A stretch of 64,000 bases of DNA from Minisyncoccia bacterium (lineage in GTDB: Bacteria > Patescibacteriota > Minisyncoccia > Phycocordibacterales > Phycocordibacteraceae), in assembly GCA_038207395.1 (NCBI GenBank), contig JBBQZW010000003.1, forward strand, positions 18,131-82,130, written 5' to 3'. The notes beneath the pieces were generated by a model. It was not told the origin of the DNA. It searched no databases and was given only the letters and a program-made list of their open reading frames with translations. Below are positions 9,881-20,438 of this stretch, piece after piece; within the stretch, counting starts at the first letter, position 1, and each line of letters begins with the position of its first letter. Position numbers and translations under genes: made by a program.

Positions 9881-10837
9881 ATGGAATACCAGATCACCCT
9901 ACCATCAAAGCCACGTGTCGTAAGCGAAGAGGGAATGCAGGGAGTATACGAGATCGATTCTCTATACCCTGGCTACGGACACACCCTCGGAAACTCACTA
10001 CGCCGTATTATTCTTTCGTCACTTCCTGGTGCCGCGGTTACTTCAGTGAAAATTGAGGATGTTAACCACGAATTCGCTACCATCGAAGGAGTACGCGAAT
10101 CAGTCATGGAGATTCTTCTTAACCTGAAGCGCGTTCACTTCACGCTTCATGGTGATGAGCCTCAGACCATTCGTCTTTCAATCAAAGGTCCTAAGGAAGT
10201 AACGGCTTCCGATTTCAGCCTTCCAACGCAGGTTGAGGTTGCTAACCCTGATCAGCACATTTGTGACATCTCAGGAAAAATTTCATTTGAACTTGAAGCA
10301 ACCATCGAGCGCGGTCTTGGATACGTTCCGCGTGAAGTACTTACGAAGGAGAAAGTAGACATTGGCACTATCGCCCTTGATGCTACCTTCACTCCAATCC
10401 GCCGTGCTAACTACGAAGTAGAAAACATGCGTGTTGGTGATCGTACGGACTTTAATCGTCTCCGACTTCTTATCGAAACAAACGGTACTATCGCTCCTCG
10501 CGAAGCGCTTGAGCGCTCAATCGAGATCATGATCCACCAGCTCAAGTCAGTTGTTGGATTCCAGGAAGGTCAGGAAGAAAGCGGACGTGGGCATATCGGT
10601 TCAGCATCTGAAGCCGATATGGAATCAGCAAAGGACAGCTCAAAGGTAAAGGTTGAAGACATGGGTCTTCCAAGCCGCATCTCAAGCGCACTAGCTGATG
10701 CTGGTATTAAGTCAGCGGCAGGTCTTACCCGTAAGACGGCATCTGCGCTTAAGGAGCTTGATGGCGTAGGAGAGAAGGCAGTTACGGAGATCGAGGAAGC
10801 GCTTGCCACCCTCGGCCTATCGCTCAAGGGCGAGTAA
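9881..10837 (+). CDS. rpoA: RNA polymerase subunit alpha
   Basis: GYGHTLGNSLRRIILSSLPGAA, DATFTPIRRANYEVENMRVG. Confidence 0.97.
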   Translation: MEYQITLPSKPRVVSEEGMQGVYEIDSLYPGYGHTLGNSLRRIILSSLPGAAVTSVKIEDVNHEFATIEGVRESVMEILLNLKRVHFTLHGDEPQTIRLSIKGPKEVTASDFSLPTQVEVANPDQHICDISGKISFELEATIERGLGYVPREVLTKEKVDIGTIALDATFTPIRRANYEVENMRVGDRTDFNRLRLLIETNGTIAPREALERSIEIMIHQLKSVVGFQEGQEESGRGHIGSASEADMESAKDSSKVKVEDMGLPSRISSALADAGIKSAAGLTRKTASALKELDGVGEKAVTEIEEALATLGLSLKGE

Positions 10838-10875
10838 TTTGGACGGTTTATTAGAATTGTGGTAACGTAGGAATC

Positions 10876-11229
10876 ATGCGACACAGCGTTAAAGGACGGG
10901 CATTTAATCGGCCGAAAAACCAGCGAACAGCGCTTATGCGCTCGTTAATGCGCTCACTCATTATTCATGAGGGTATTTCGACGACTGAAGCAAAAGCAAA
11001 GGAACTTCGCCCTATGATCGAGAAGATTATCTCTACAGGACGTGTAGATTCAGTGGCTAATCGCCGCCTTGTTTCTGCTCGCCTTGGAAACGATGATGAG
11101 ATTGTAAAGAAAGTCTTTGCAACCCTTTCTCCTCGGTATGCCGAGCGCCCAGGAGGATACACCCGTATCGTGAAGCGCGCTCCTAATGCCGTAAACGCTC
11201 GCGATAACGCGTACATTGCCTTCGTATAG
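10876..11229 (+). CDS. rplQ: 50S ribosomal protein bL17
   Basis: MRH..., TTEAKAKELR, RPGGYTRI. Confidence 0.97.
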   Translation: MRHSVKGRAFNRPKNQRTALMRSLMRSLIIHEGISTTEAKAKELRPMIEKIISTGRVDSVANRRLVSARLGNDDEIVKKVFATLSPRYAERPGGYTRIVKRAPNAVNARDNAYIAFV

Positions 11230-11249
11230 GCTCTGCGCTACACCATTCT

Positions 11250-11651
11250 ATGAAAACTATTGCACAAAAAGTAAGCGCACAGCGCACCCTACAAGGAGTT
11301 GAGAAAATCGAGTACACGATTGATGGAGCAGGCCGTACTCTCGGACGTGTGTGTAGCGATGCTGCACAGGCGCTTCTGGGAAAGAAGTCAGCACAGTACG
11401 TAAAGAACCTTGTTCTTCCCGTACACGTGACCATCATTAACGGTGCAAAGATTAAGATCAGCGAAAAGCGAGAAGCTACCACCACCTACATTCGATACAC
11501 CGGATACCCAGGAGGTCTTCGCTCACGCACCATGACTGAACTCAAAGATAAGAAAGGTCTTGAAGAAGTTATCCGTATGACGGTAGATGGTATGATTCCT
11601 CGAAACAAGCTCCGCAAGGATCGTATGAAGAGTCTTTCAATTACGCTGTAG
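11250..11651 (+). CDS. rplM: 50S ribosomal protein uL13
   Basis: IDGAGRTLGRV, YTGYPGGL, GMIPRNKL. Confidence 0.95.
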   Translation: MKTIAQKVSAQRTLQGVEKIEYTIDGAGRTLGRVCSDAAQALLGKKSAQYVKNLVLPVHVTIINGAKIKISEKREATTTYIRYTGYPGGLRSRTMTELKDKKGLEEVIRMTVDGMIPRNKLRKDRMKSLSITL

Positions 11652-11674
11652 TAGTGTAGTATCTGTAAATCATT

Positions 11675-12076
11675 ATGTCTGAAACTACAAAATACACTCT
11701 CGCCATCGGCCGTCGTAAGACTGCGTCTGCTCGCGTAAAGCTCACTCCCGCTACTGAAACCAGCATCATCGTAAATGGCGTTCCTGGAAACGAATACTTT
11801 AGGACGGATAACCGTCGCGCTATTCCGCTCGACGCATTCGGACTTGATGAAATCACCGGTACCTTTGCTGTTGAAGCGAAAGTTCAGGGAGGGGGAGTAA
11901 CGGCTCAGGCAGAAGCTATCCGTATGGGAGTTGCACGCGCACTCACCCTTACCGAAGCAACGCTTCGCGGACCACTTAAAGCTGCTGGATTCCTTAAGCG
12001 TGATCCTCGCGCTGTTGAACGTAAGAAGCCAGGACTTCGCAAGGCTCGTAAGAGTCCACAGTGGAGTAAGCGTTAA
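11675..12076 (+). CDS. rpsI: 30S ribosomal protein uS9
   Basis: GRRKTASARV, GGGVTAQAEAIR, RDPRAVERKKPG...QWSKR. Confidence 0.97.
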   Translation: MSETTKYTLAIGRRKTASARVKLTPATETSIIVNGVPGNEYFRTDNRRAIPLDAFGLDEITGTFAVEAKVQGGGVTAQAEAIRMGVARALTLTEATLRGPLKAAGFLKRDPRAVERKKPGLRKARKSPQWSKR

Positions 12077-12083
12077 TGTTCTC

Positions 12084-12119
12084 AAAAGAAATACCGCCCA
12101 TTTGGCGGTATTTCTTTTG
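12084..12119. terminator. Bidirectional terminator after rpsI
   Basis: AAAAGAAATACCGCC-CATTT-GGCGGTATTTCTTTT. Confidence 0.75.
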
Positions 12120-12237
12120 AGAGATCAACCCTGGAGTTATCTACATCACAGATGTAAACTCTACTTTACATTTACCGTAAAAGAAGATAGAGTTCATGAA
12201 GAGTTGGCATTAGGCCCTGCTCACATTAACTTATTTT

Positions 12238-12756
12238 ATGAAAACATATATTATCCCGATTGTTACGTTCTTTGCAGGTGCTATTGCCTGGTATGGTATT
12301 GCTCCACTTTTTAATCCTCTAGTGACTAACGAAGCGGCTCCAACTGATGTTATGAATAAAACAGATGGCGATGCCATGATGAAGCATGACGGGGAAGCCA
12401 TGACAGGCTCTTCTACAGACAAGAGTGGCGAGGCTATGATGAGCCACGAACGTAGCGGGGTAATTGTTGGAACTGCGGCACATCCTGCTTCTGGAACAGT
12501 AAAGATAGTATCATCAGGTGGTAAGAACTTTATTCGCTACGAAAATTTGAAGACGATCAATGGCCCTGATATCTATGTCTATCTTGCAAACGACCTTGGC
12601 GCAAAAGACTACGTAAAGATTGCAAAGGTAAAGTCAACTGAAGGATCAAGCAACTACGAGATCCCTTCTACGGTTGATGCTAATAAATACAAATACGTAC
12701 TTATTTGGTGTGAACAGTTTGGGGTTCTCTTTAACTCTGCAGAGCTTAAGGGATAG
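12238..12756 (+). CDS. DM13 domain protein, membrane-anchored or secreted
   Basis: HPASGTV...NGPDIYVYL...YVLIWCEQFGVLF. Confidence 0.85.
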   Translation: MKTYIIPIVTFFAGAIAWYGIAPLFNPLVTNEAAPTDVMNKTDGDAMMKHDGEAMTGSSTDKSGEAMMSHERSGVIVGTAAHPASGTVKIVSSGGKNFIRYENLKTINGPDIYVYLANDLGAKDYVKIAKVKSTEGSSNYEIPSTVDANKYKYVLIWCEQFGVLFNSAELKG

Positions 12757-12877
12757 TCGATAGATTCTACAAAGAATCATCTGTGCAAATGAAGACGCTG
12801 CCCCAAAGGGGCAGCGTCTTCATTACCTACTCACTACTCATGACATACTATGCGCATACGAACATAATCACCATCTT

Positions 12878-13282
12878 ATGAAAGGATATATAGAAAACAT
12901 TGAAGAACGTACGCTACAGAATGATACGTTTCGAACCGTGCTCTACACGGGAAATTATCTACAACTCGTGATAATGAGTGTACCGACAGGAGAGGAAATT
13001 GGGATGGAGATGCACGGGCAGGATCAGTTCATTCGTGTTGAAGCCGGAACAGGTGTTGCCGTGCTTGATGGGGTTGAGCATACCCTGTCTGACGGCACTG
13101 CAGTTGTTGTTCCTGCAGGTACGCACCACAACATCATAAATATCGGCGCTGATGCATTGAAGCTCTATACTATATATGCCGCGCCACATCACACTGATGG
13201 CATTATCCATCAAACAAAAGCAGATGCTGAGCGCGATGAAAAAGAACATTCAGATGAGTTCTTGGGAGATACGACAGAGTAG
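12878..13282 (+). CDS. Cupin domain protein
   Basis: EEIGMEMH..DQFIRVEAG...VPAGTHHN. Confidence 0.88.
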   Translation: MKGYIENIEERTLQNDTFRTVLYTGNYLQLVIMSVPTGEEIGMEMHGQDQFIRVEAGTGVAVLDGVEHTLSDGTAVVVPAGTHHNIINIGADALKLYTIYAAPHHTDGIIHQTKADAERDEKEHSDEFLGDTTE

Positions 13283-13375
13283 CAAAAATCTAAAGTTTCA
13301 AACTTGTGTATATTGTGTGGAAAAGTAAAGAGGTTGTGTATTCCAGCTAGCGCAGTGTACTGATACGATAATCAT

Positions 13376-14083
13376 ATGAGTCGGCTTGTATCACTTACTT
13401 CAGCACAGAAAGAAACACTGAACGTGATTCAGACGCACACTGACACACATGGCCATTCTCCTACGGTTACCGAACTTGCTAGCATTCTTAATCTCAAATC
13501 ACTAAGAAGTGTCGGTCAGCGTATTGAAGCCCTAGAAAAGAAGGGACTAATTACTCGTGACCGATTTAAGCATCGAAGTATTAGTATTTTAAATGGGGTG
13601 AGATCACAACTCTCCTCTGACCTTATTCATATTCCGGTTATAGCGTCAGCAGGGTGTGATGCTATGGAAGTATTCGCTGAGCAAAGTTTTGGAGAATATA
13701 TTGTTATTGATAAGAGTTTGATTGGGGGAAAGAAAGATAGTTCAAACATTGCAGCGGTACGAGCTGTGGGGGATTCTATGCAAGATGCTGGCATCTTCAG
13801 TGGAGACTACGTAATTGTGGAAGTTACCGGCGAAGTTGAAAACGGAGATCGTGTTGTCGCGGTGCTCGGTAACATGGCAGTTATCAAGCGGTACTCTCGC
13901 ATAGATGAGGTTGTGTACTTAAATCCAGAAAACAAGTATGGAACGTATCACCCTATAGTAGTTCGCGAAGAAGACTCACGCATTTTCGGCAAGGTACTTT
14001 CAATCATTCCTGGAACGGAATGGGTGGACGACATCAAGGTTGAGTACTATACAGAAATTGATCAGCCAAACCAATACCGCTAA
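13376..14083 (+). CDS. LexA-like repressor (HTH + S24 peptidase)
   Basis: LTSAQKE..SPTVTELA HTH; GDSM catalytic Ser and IKR Lys; ASAG near the expected cleavage site. Confidence 0.85.
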   Translation: MSRLVSLTSAQKETLNVIQTHTDTHGHSPTVTELASILNLKSLRSVGQRIEALEKKGLITRDRFKHRSISILNGVRSQLSSDLIHIPVIASAGCDAMEVFAEQSFGEYIVIDKSLIGGKKDSSNIAAVRAVGDSMQDAGIFSGDYVIVEVTGEVENGDRVVAVLGNMAVIKRYSRIDEVVYLNPENKYGTYHPIVVREEDSRIFGKVLSIIPGTEWVDDIKVEYYTEIDQPNQYR

Positions 14084-14151
14084 AACACTGGCACATACTC
14101 ACCAGTCCATCCTTTTGACTCCTAATATTCTTTAAGGCATAGTCTGTATAT

Positions 14152-14700
14152 ATGGAAGATGATGTAACTATAGAGCGCGACGGTCGCGAAGAAGACGGGC
14201 TTAGTGAGGAAGACCTTGAAGCCACGGAATCACGCGTGGATTCAAAGGTGCAGAAAGGTAAGAAAGAACTTGATGCCTGCAAGAAAGAAAAGCAGGAATA
14301 TCTTGATGGATGGCAGCGTGCAAAAGCTGACTATGTGAATGCGCTAAAGCGGTTTGAGGAAGACACGAAGAATGCACGTGAACAAGGCACCGTAAAGGCA
14401 GTAAAGGCACTTCTGCCCGCATACGACGCATTAGTGCGCGCAAAGACTGCTGGTGAGGTTCCTGAGGGCTTCGCAGGCATTGCTAAGCAGCTAGAGTCTG
14501 CATTCGGAAGCTTCGGCATTACCGTTATAGGTGAAGTTGGAGAAGCGTTTGATCCTGTACGCCATGAAGCACTTGGCTCCGATATTACCGACGACCTTAC
14601 GAAAGACGACACCGTAAGCGGCATTCTAGAGCAAGGGTACACCATCGGTGAAGCCGTTCTCCGTCCCGCCCGCGTACGTGTTTACTCCCTTGAGATATAG
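14152..14700 (+). CDS. grpE: Nucleotide exchange factor GrpE
   Basis: WQRAKADYVN, FDPVRHEA, GY...VLRPARV. Confidence 0.95.
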   Translation: MEDDVTIERDGREEDGLSEEDLEATESRVDSKVQKGKKELDACKKEKQEYLDGWQRAKADYVNALKRFEEDTKNAREQGTVKAVKALLPAYDALVRAKTAGEVPEGFAGIAKQLESAFGSFGITVIGEVGEAFDPVRHEALGSDITDDLTKDDTVSGILEQGYTIGEAVLRPARVRVYSLEI

Positions 14701-14787
14701 TCAGTACTTGAATACAAAAGCGTACAGGAGTAAAATAGAACTATTGGTGCGAAGGGCAAATTACTACATTTCTAATACGAAATCTCT

Positions 14788-16692
14788 ATGGCAAAAATTC
14801 TAGGTATTGACCTGGGTACAACAAACTCCGCCATGGCCATCATGGAAGGAGGCGAACCACGCGTTATTGAAAACGCTGAGGGAGCACGTACAACTCCTTC
14901 AATCGTAGCGATAGCAAAGAACGGTGAACGTCTTGTGGGAACACTCGCAAAGCGCCAGGCCGTAACAAACCCAAAAAATACTATCTACGGTATTAAGCGC
15001 TTTATGGGTCATCGTTTTGAGGATGATGTGGTTAAGAAGGATAAGGATGTTCTTCCGTATGAAGTTAAGGCAGGTCCTGATGGAGGGGTTGTCGCACATC
15101 TTGGTGATAAGGACTATCGTCCTGAAGAAATTTCAGCGATGATCCTCACAAAGCTTAAGACCGATGCTGAAGCAAAGCTTGGCGAGAAAATCACAGAAGC
15201 CGTTATTACGGTGCCTGCATACTTTGACGACGCACAGCGAAATGCAACAAAGGCTGCCGGGGAAGTTGCAGGTCTGAAAGTTCTACGCATCATCAATGAA
15301 CCAACGGCTGCTGCGCTCGCATATGGATTTAATAAGAAGAAGGAAGAAAAGATTGTGGTGTATGACTTCGGAGGAGGAACATTCGACGTTTCTGTTCTTG
15401 AGGTGGGTGACGATGTTATCGAAGTAAAGTCTACAGACGGTGACTCACATATGGGTGGCCGCGACATTGACCAGAAAATTGTCCGCTGGATCGCTGACGA
15501 ATATAAAAAGGAAAGCGGCATTGATGTAACGAAGGACGCACTCGCGCTTCAGCGTCTTGATGAAGCTGCAGAAAAGGCAAAGCACGAGCTTTCAAGTTCT
15601 GCGGAAACGGAGATCAATATTCCGTTCATCACTTCAACGTCAGAGGGACCTCAGCACCTCCTTATTAAGCTCTCTCGCTCAACGCTCGAGCAGCTGGCGT
15701 CTGAGTATGTCACGCGTTCTATAGACATTGTTAAGCGCGCACTTGAGGCGGCTAATATGAAGGCAGGAGACATCAACGAAATTATCATGGTGGGCGGTCA
15801 GACCCGTATGCCACTCATTCAGGAAGAGGTGAAGAAAATCTTTGGAAAGGATCTTCACATGGGTGTTAACCCTGACGAGGTGGTTGCCATTGGTGCGGCT
15901 ATTCAGGCAGGTATTCTCCAAGGAGATGTTAAGGATATTCTTCTCGTGGACGTTATCCCGCTCTCACTCTCTATTGAGACCATGGGCGGCGTTGCCACCA
16001 AACTCATCGAGCGCAACACGGCAGTCCCAACCTCACGCAGTCAGACATTCTCAACTGCCGCTGATAACCAGACCAGCGTTGAGATTCATGTGGTTCAGGG
16101 AGAGCGCGCAATGGCTAACGACAACAAAGACCTAGGCAAGTTTACGCTTGATGGTATTCCACCAGCTCCGCGCGGTATGCCGCAGGTTGAGGTTTCCTTT
16201 GACCTTGATACCAACGGAATCCTCACCGTGAAGGCAAAGGATAAGACAAGTGGAAAAGAGCAGTCCATCACTATCACCGGTTCAACAGGTCTCTCTCAAG
16301 CTGACATCGACAAGATGAAAGCTGACGCGGAAACGCATGCTGATGAGGACGCAAAGCGTAAGGAGATTATCGAAGCAAAGAACCTTGCCGAGCAGCTCAT
16401 CTACACGGCTGAGAAAGCACTAAAGGATGCAGGTGACAAAGCTCCAGCTGACGTGGTTACGGAAGTAAATGAGAAAATTACGGCGCTTCGTACTGCGCGC
16501 GAAGGAGATGACCTCGCCGCAATAACGACTGCCTCAGAAGCACTCGGAACCTCTCTCTCAAAGATTGGTGAAGCAATGCAAAAGGCTCAGGCTGAGCAGG
16601 GAACAGCTGAGAGTGCACCTGCTGAAGGAACAGCTCCTGATGCTGCTGCCACCGACGCAGAGTTCACGGAGAAACCTGAAGAGGCTGCGTAA
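14788..16692 (+). CDS. dnaK: Chaperone DnaK
   Basis: [23 protein letters not shown]. Confidence 0.98.
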   Translation: MAKILGIDLGTTNSAMAIMEGGEPRVIENAEGARTTPSIVAIAKNGERLVGTLAKRQAVTNPKNTIYGIKRFMGHRFEDDVVKKDKDVLPYEVKAGPDGGVVAHLGDKDYRPEEISAMILTKLKTDAEAKLGEKITEAVITVPAYFDDAQRNATKAAGEVAGLKVLRIINEPTAAALAYGFNKKKEEKIVVYDFGGGTFDVSVLEVGDDVIEVKSTDGDSHMGGRDIDQKIVRWIADEYKKESGIDVTKDALALQRLDEAAEKAKHELSSSAETEINIPFITSTSEGPQHLLIKLSRSTLEQLASEYVTRSIDIVKRALEAANMKAGDINEIIMVGGQTRMPLIQEEVKKIFGKDLHMGVNPDEVVAIGAAIQAGILQGDVKDILLVDVIPLSLSIETMGGVATKLIERNTAVPTSRSQTFSTAADNQTSVEIHVVQGERAMANDNKDLGKFTLDGIPPAPRGMPQVEVSFDLDTNGILTVKAKDKTSGKEQSITITGSTGLSQADIDKMKADAETHADEDAKRKEIIEAKNLAEQLIYTAEKALKDAGDKAPADVVTEVNEKITALRTAREGDDLAAITTASEALGTSLSKIGEAMQKAQAEQGTAESAPAEGTAPDAAATDAEFTEKPEEAA

Positions 16693-16777
16693 GTAAGTAG
16701 TAAAAATAGAACAAGCACGCAGGTTTACCTGCGTGCTTGTTCTATTATATCTTTATGGTATAGTTTAATCTGGTTTT

Positions 16778-17209
16778 GTGAAAGGGAAACGTATGACTAA
16801 AGTTCTTTCGATTGCAGTAATTTCAATTATTGCAATCACGCTGTGGAGCGTCGGCGAAACTATAGCTGCTCTGATTTTTTGGGTGGCAGCGTTTGCGGGT
16901 TTCCAGATGGCTCTTTTTCTCGTAGAGCAACAAAAGCTTCAGGAGGATATACCACGTGCCCTTCGTCAAACCATTACTCCCACAGGGATGATGAGTGTCG
17001 GCGACATCGCTACACAAGTTCGACATCTTCGATGCGAGCAAAAATTTGGGGAGAAGTCCATTGATCTTCTTTCTACAATCCCGCAAGTTTCCATCTTCTC
17101 AGTATCAAAAGCTCTTGATCAACTGAGAAAGAAAGGAGTTATCGAAGTCCAGTACAGTGGGTATGAACCCAAACGCAGGACCGCATATCGCCTTAAGGAA
17201 GCTGCTTGA
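16778..17209 (+). CDS. Hypothetical membrane protein with possible C-terminal winged helix
   Basis: Two hydrophobic N-terminal segments; VSKALDQLRKKGVIEV...RTAYRL; inserted between dnaK and dnaJ and flanked by hairpins. Confidence 0.55.
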   Translation: MKGKRMTKVLSIAVISIIAITLWSVGETIAALIFWVAAFAGFQMALFLVEQQKLQEDIPRALRQTITPTGMMSVGDIATQVRHLRCEQKFGEKSIDLLSTIPQVSIFSVSKALDQLRKKGVIEVQYSGYEPKRRTAYRLKEAA

Positions 17210-17313
17210 AGCTTAAAAACTCTCCTCGCGCCCATCAAAGCGCGAGGAGTTTTTCATATATATTTTAGACTTTTGCATACAAAAACTGATAGGCGTATAG
17301 TTATAGTACTCAT

Positions 17314-18393
17314 ATGGCAAAAAACTATTACGACATCCTGGGCGTTGACACAAAGGCCACGTCGGACGATGTGAAGAAAGCCTTTCGCAAACTTGCACAA
17401 AAACACCACCCTGATAAAGGGGGAGATGAGTCAAAGTTCAAGGAGATAACCGAAGCCTACAGCATTCTTTCTGATGACAAGAAACGTCGTGAGTATGACA
17501 ACTACGGCCAGACGTTTAATGGTGCTGGGCCTCAGCAGGGTCAGGGTGGAGGAAATCCGTTTGGCGGATTTGACTTCAGTGGATTCGGACAGGGAGGTGT
17601 TGAGTTTGATTTCGGCGATATCTTTGGAGGAGGATTTGGTGACATCTTTGGAGGAGGAGCTCCGCGCGCGCGCCGTGGACGCGATATTTCTATAGACATC
17701 GAAGTGAGTTTTAAAGAAGCAGTCATGGGCGGAAAGCGTGAAGTTCTCATCACGAAGATTGGTACGTGCGAAACCTGTAAAGGAGATGGTGCAAAGCCCG
17801 GCACAGAGATGAAGACCTGTGAGACTTGTAACGGCGCAGGAAAGGTTCATGAGACTCGTAACTCAATGCTAGGTGCCTTCTCAAGCGTACGCGCCTGCCC
17901 AACATGCGAAGGCTCAGGAAAGATTCCTTCAGAGGCATGTGACAACTGTAAAGGTCGGGGTGTATTAAAGAAGCAAGAGGAAATAAAAATAACCATTCCT
18001 GCAGGCATTGATGGAGGTGAGATGATCCGCATGCCAGGGCTCGGAGAAGCCATAAAGAATGGTATGTCTGGGGACTTGTATGTAAAAGTTCACGTAAAAC
18101 CGCATCCGGTGTTTAAAAAAGACGGTTTGAATCTCGTTATGCAGGCACCACTTAAACTCACCGATGCACTTCTGGGAACAACCATCTCAGTCACGACCGT
18201 TGACGACAAAGTACTCGAAGTGAAGGTCCCCGCCATGAGCGCTCCAGAAGAGACACTTCGCATTCGTAGTAAAGGAGTACACACCGAACGCGGTACCGGT
18301 GATCTTCTTATTCGTCTATCCGCAACGCTCCCTAAGAAACTTTCAAACAAGGCGAAGAAAGCTATAGAAGAACTGAAGGCAGAAGGGTTCTAA
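17314..18393 (+). CDS. dnaJ: Chaperone DnaJ
   Basis: J domain HPD, G/F-rich linker, four CxxCxGxG repeats. Confidence 0.97.
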   Translation: MAKNYYDILGVDTKATSDDVKKAFRKLAQKHHPDKGGDESKFKEITEAYSILSDDKKRREYDNYGQTFNGAGPQQGQGGGNPFGGFDFSGFGQGGVEFDFGDIFGGGFGDIFGGGAPRARRGRDISIDIEVSFKEAVMGGKREVLITKIGTCETCKGDGAKPGTEMKTCETCNGAGKVHETRNSMLGAFSSVRACPTCEGSGKIPSEACDNCKGRGVLKKQEEIKITIPAGIDGGEMIRMPGLGEAIKNGMSGDLYVKVHVKPHPVFKKDGLNLVMQAPLKLTDALLGTTISVTTVDDKVLEVKVPAMSAPEETLRIRSKGVHTERGTGDLLIRLSATLPKKLSNKAKKAIEELKAEGF

Positions 18394-18429
18394 ATACTGA
18401 GCGTCTTGGATATCGTATACTACTAGTAT

Positions 18430-18960
18430 ATGGACGCACTTAGCGGCATCACCACTCAAGTAAATGCCTTTGCGAGCCATGGCGTGGCGAGCGCATGGGT
18501 TATTGCAGGGAACTTTCTCATACTATTCATCATGACGCTCGTCATGATTGGCTTTTCCTACAAAGCAGGGCGTGGCGGAATCATCTCGCTCCTAGTTGCG
18601 TTCTATGCGGGATACGCGTTGTATCTTGTCTTTCCCTATACGCAGAGCATTATTGGTGCCGCTACGTCCGTTCCGATAAAAGCAATAATCAGTATTGTGA
18701 TATACGGAATCTGCACATTCATTCCATTTCATTTCATTCAGCGGCTCGTCGGTTCAGGATTTGGAGTGCTTTCGTTCGTGCCGCGCTTCGCTCTTTCATT
18801 TCTTGCCGCTGCATTTCTTTTGGCTTTGGCATACCATGTCTTCCACGTAAGTAATATCTACACCTTCCCGGACCCTATTAACAGCCTTTTTGCCCCTAAT
18901 CAGTATTTCTTCTGGTGGTTCATTGCCCCGCTGCTAGGGCTTTTGTTTTTCATTCACTAA
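18430..18960 (+). CDS. Hypothetical integral membrane protein
   Basis: About five hydrophobic segments. Confidence 0.7.
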   Translation: MDALSGITTQVNAFASHGVASAWVIAGNFLILFIMTLVMIGFSYKAGRGGIISLLVAFYAGYALYLVFPYTQSIIGAATSVPIKAIISIVIYGICTFIPFHFIQRLVGSGFGVLSFVPRFALSFLAAAFLLALAYHVFHVSNIYTFPDPINSLFAPNQYFFWWFIAPLLGLLFFIH

Positions 18961-19011
18961 GGCCTCATTAGCCACAAGCTGTGCGGAAATAGCATATGGT
19001 ATAGTCGGCAT

Positions 19012-20244
19012 ATGAATCTTGTAGATGACCTCAAAGCGCGTGGACTCGTTGAGCACACGAGTGCTGAACTTACCGACATTCTTGGAAAACCGCGAACGGT
19101 ATATTTGGGAGTGGATCCAACAGCCGACTCGATGCAAGCAGGGAACTTAGTACTGGTACTACTTTTAAAGCGTCTTGCTGACGCGGGCCACAAAATCGTG
19201 CTTATCGTGGGTGGAGGCACGGGCATGATCGGAGATCCAAAAGAAAAAGGGGAGCGCCCCCTCGCTGATGAACGTACGGTTTCTAAAAACAAGAAAGCCT
19301 TAAAAGCTCAAATGCAGGCAATACTTGGGCGTAAGATTACGGTGATTGATAACGCTGACTGGCTCCTTAAGGTAAAACTAGTGGACTTCCTTCGTGATAT
19401 AGGAAAACATTTCACCGTCAACGAACTAGTGAAGCGCGACGTTATTCGTCGAAGACTTGAAACTGCAGAAGAAAGTATTTCATACACCGAATTTGCGTAC
19501 TCACTTCTGCAGGGGTACGACTACCTCGTGCTTAATCAAAAATACGGAGTTGATGTACAGATTGGAGGTTCTGACCAGTGGACTAATATTCTTTCAGGGG
19601 TTGAGCTTATTCGTCGAAAGACTGGACGTGAAGCATTCGCCCTTACCTGCCCGCTTGTTACTGATGCTTCCGGAAAGAAATTCGGGAAATCAGAAGGGAA
19701 CGCTGTATGGCTTTCTGCAGAAAAGACTTCACCCTATGCTTTTTATCAGTTTTGGCTTAACCAACCAGACGAGGTAGTGGGGAAATATCTTAAGTTTTAT
19801 ACCTTCATGTCTCCCTTTGAGATTGATGCGCTTATGGAACTTCATGGACGAACTCCCGGAAAGCGCGATGCACAGAAGATGCTTGCACGACACGTAACAG
19901 AAACCGTTCATGGGGCACGAGCGGCAGAAGAAAGTATTGCTGTGTCTGAAGCACTCTTTGGTGAACGAGCGCTATCATCACTCACCCGTGAAGAAATGAC
20001 GGTTATTCAGAAGAATGCGCCATTTGCGAAAGTATCTTCTGGAACATCGGTGATAGACGCACTGGTACAAAGTGGTCTTACTCCTTCAAAGAGTGAGGCT
20101 CGTCGCCTTATCGAAGGGAAAGGAATAAGTATTAATGGAGAAACCGTGACCGATACAAATGCCGTGCTGACAACTGAAGAGGTGCTTGGTGGACTTGCCT
20201 TAGTAAAGCGGGGTAAGCAGGCTGCAGTCGTCAGTATTTGGTAG
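19012..20244 (+). CDS. tyrS: Tyrosine--tRNA ligase
   Basis: YLGVDPTADS, QIGGSDQW, KFGKS, C-terminal S4 domain. Confidence 0.97.
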   Translation: MNLVDDLKARGLVEHTSAELTDILGKPRTVYLGVDPTADSMQAGNLVLVLLLKRLADAGHKIVLIVGGGTGMIGDPKEKGERPLADERTVSKNKKALKAQMQAILGRKITVIDNADWLLKVKLVDFLRDIGKHFTVNELVKRDVIRRRLETAEESISYTEFAYSLLQGYDYLVLNQKYGVDVQIGGSDQWTNILSGVELIRRKTGREAFALTCPLVTDASGKKFGKSEGNAVWLSAEKTSPYAFYQFWLNQPDEVVGKYLKFYTFMSPFEIDALMELHGRTPGKRDAQKMLARHVTETVHGARAAEESIAVSEALFGERALSSLTREEMTVIQKNAPFAKVSSGTSVIDALVQSGLTPSKSEARRLIEGKGISINGETVTDTNAVLTTEEVLGGLALVKRGKQAAVVSIW

Positions 20245-20283
20245 TGGAATATATCGGGCCAAACTGCTATACTCGCCAGTATT

Positions 20284-20369
20284 GCGTCGGTGGCAGAGTG
20301 GTCAATTGCAAGGGACTGTAAATCCCTCGACTCCGGTCTACGAAGGTTCGAATCCTTCCCGGCGCACCA
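20284..20369 (+). tRNA. tRNA-Tyr(GTA)
   Basis: Acceptor GCGTCGG/CCGGCGC-A-CCA; anticodon arm AGGGA-CTGTAAA-TCCCT; GGTTCGAATCC T-arm; long variable arm. Confidence 0.97.
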
Positions 20370-20438
20370 ATAAAACTACCCCTCTGGGGTAGTTTTACGT
20401 TTACCCCATCCTTCCTATATACTTACGTGAAGATCACT

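Noticed and set aside
20284-20369. tRNA-Tyr as the integration site of the element
   Set aside because: It lies ~8 kb away and I saw no duplicated tRNA 3' end at the island borders.
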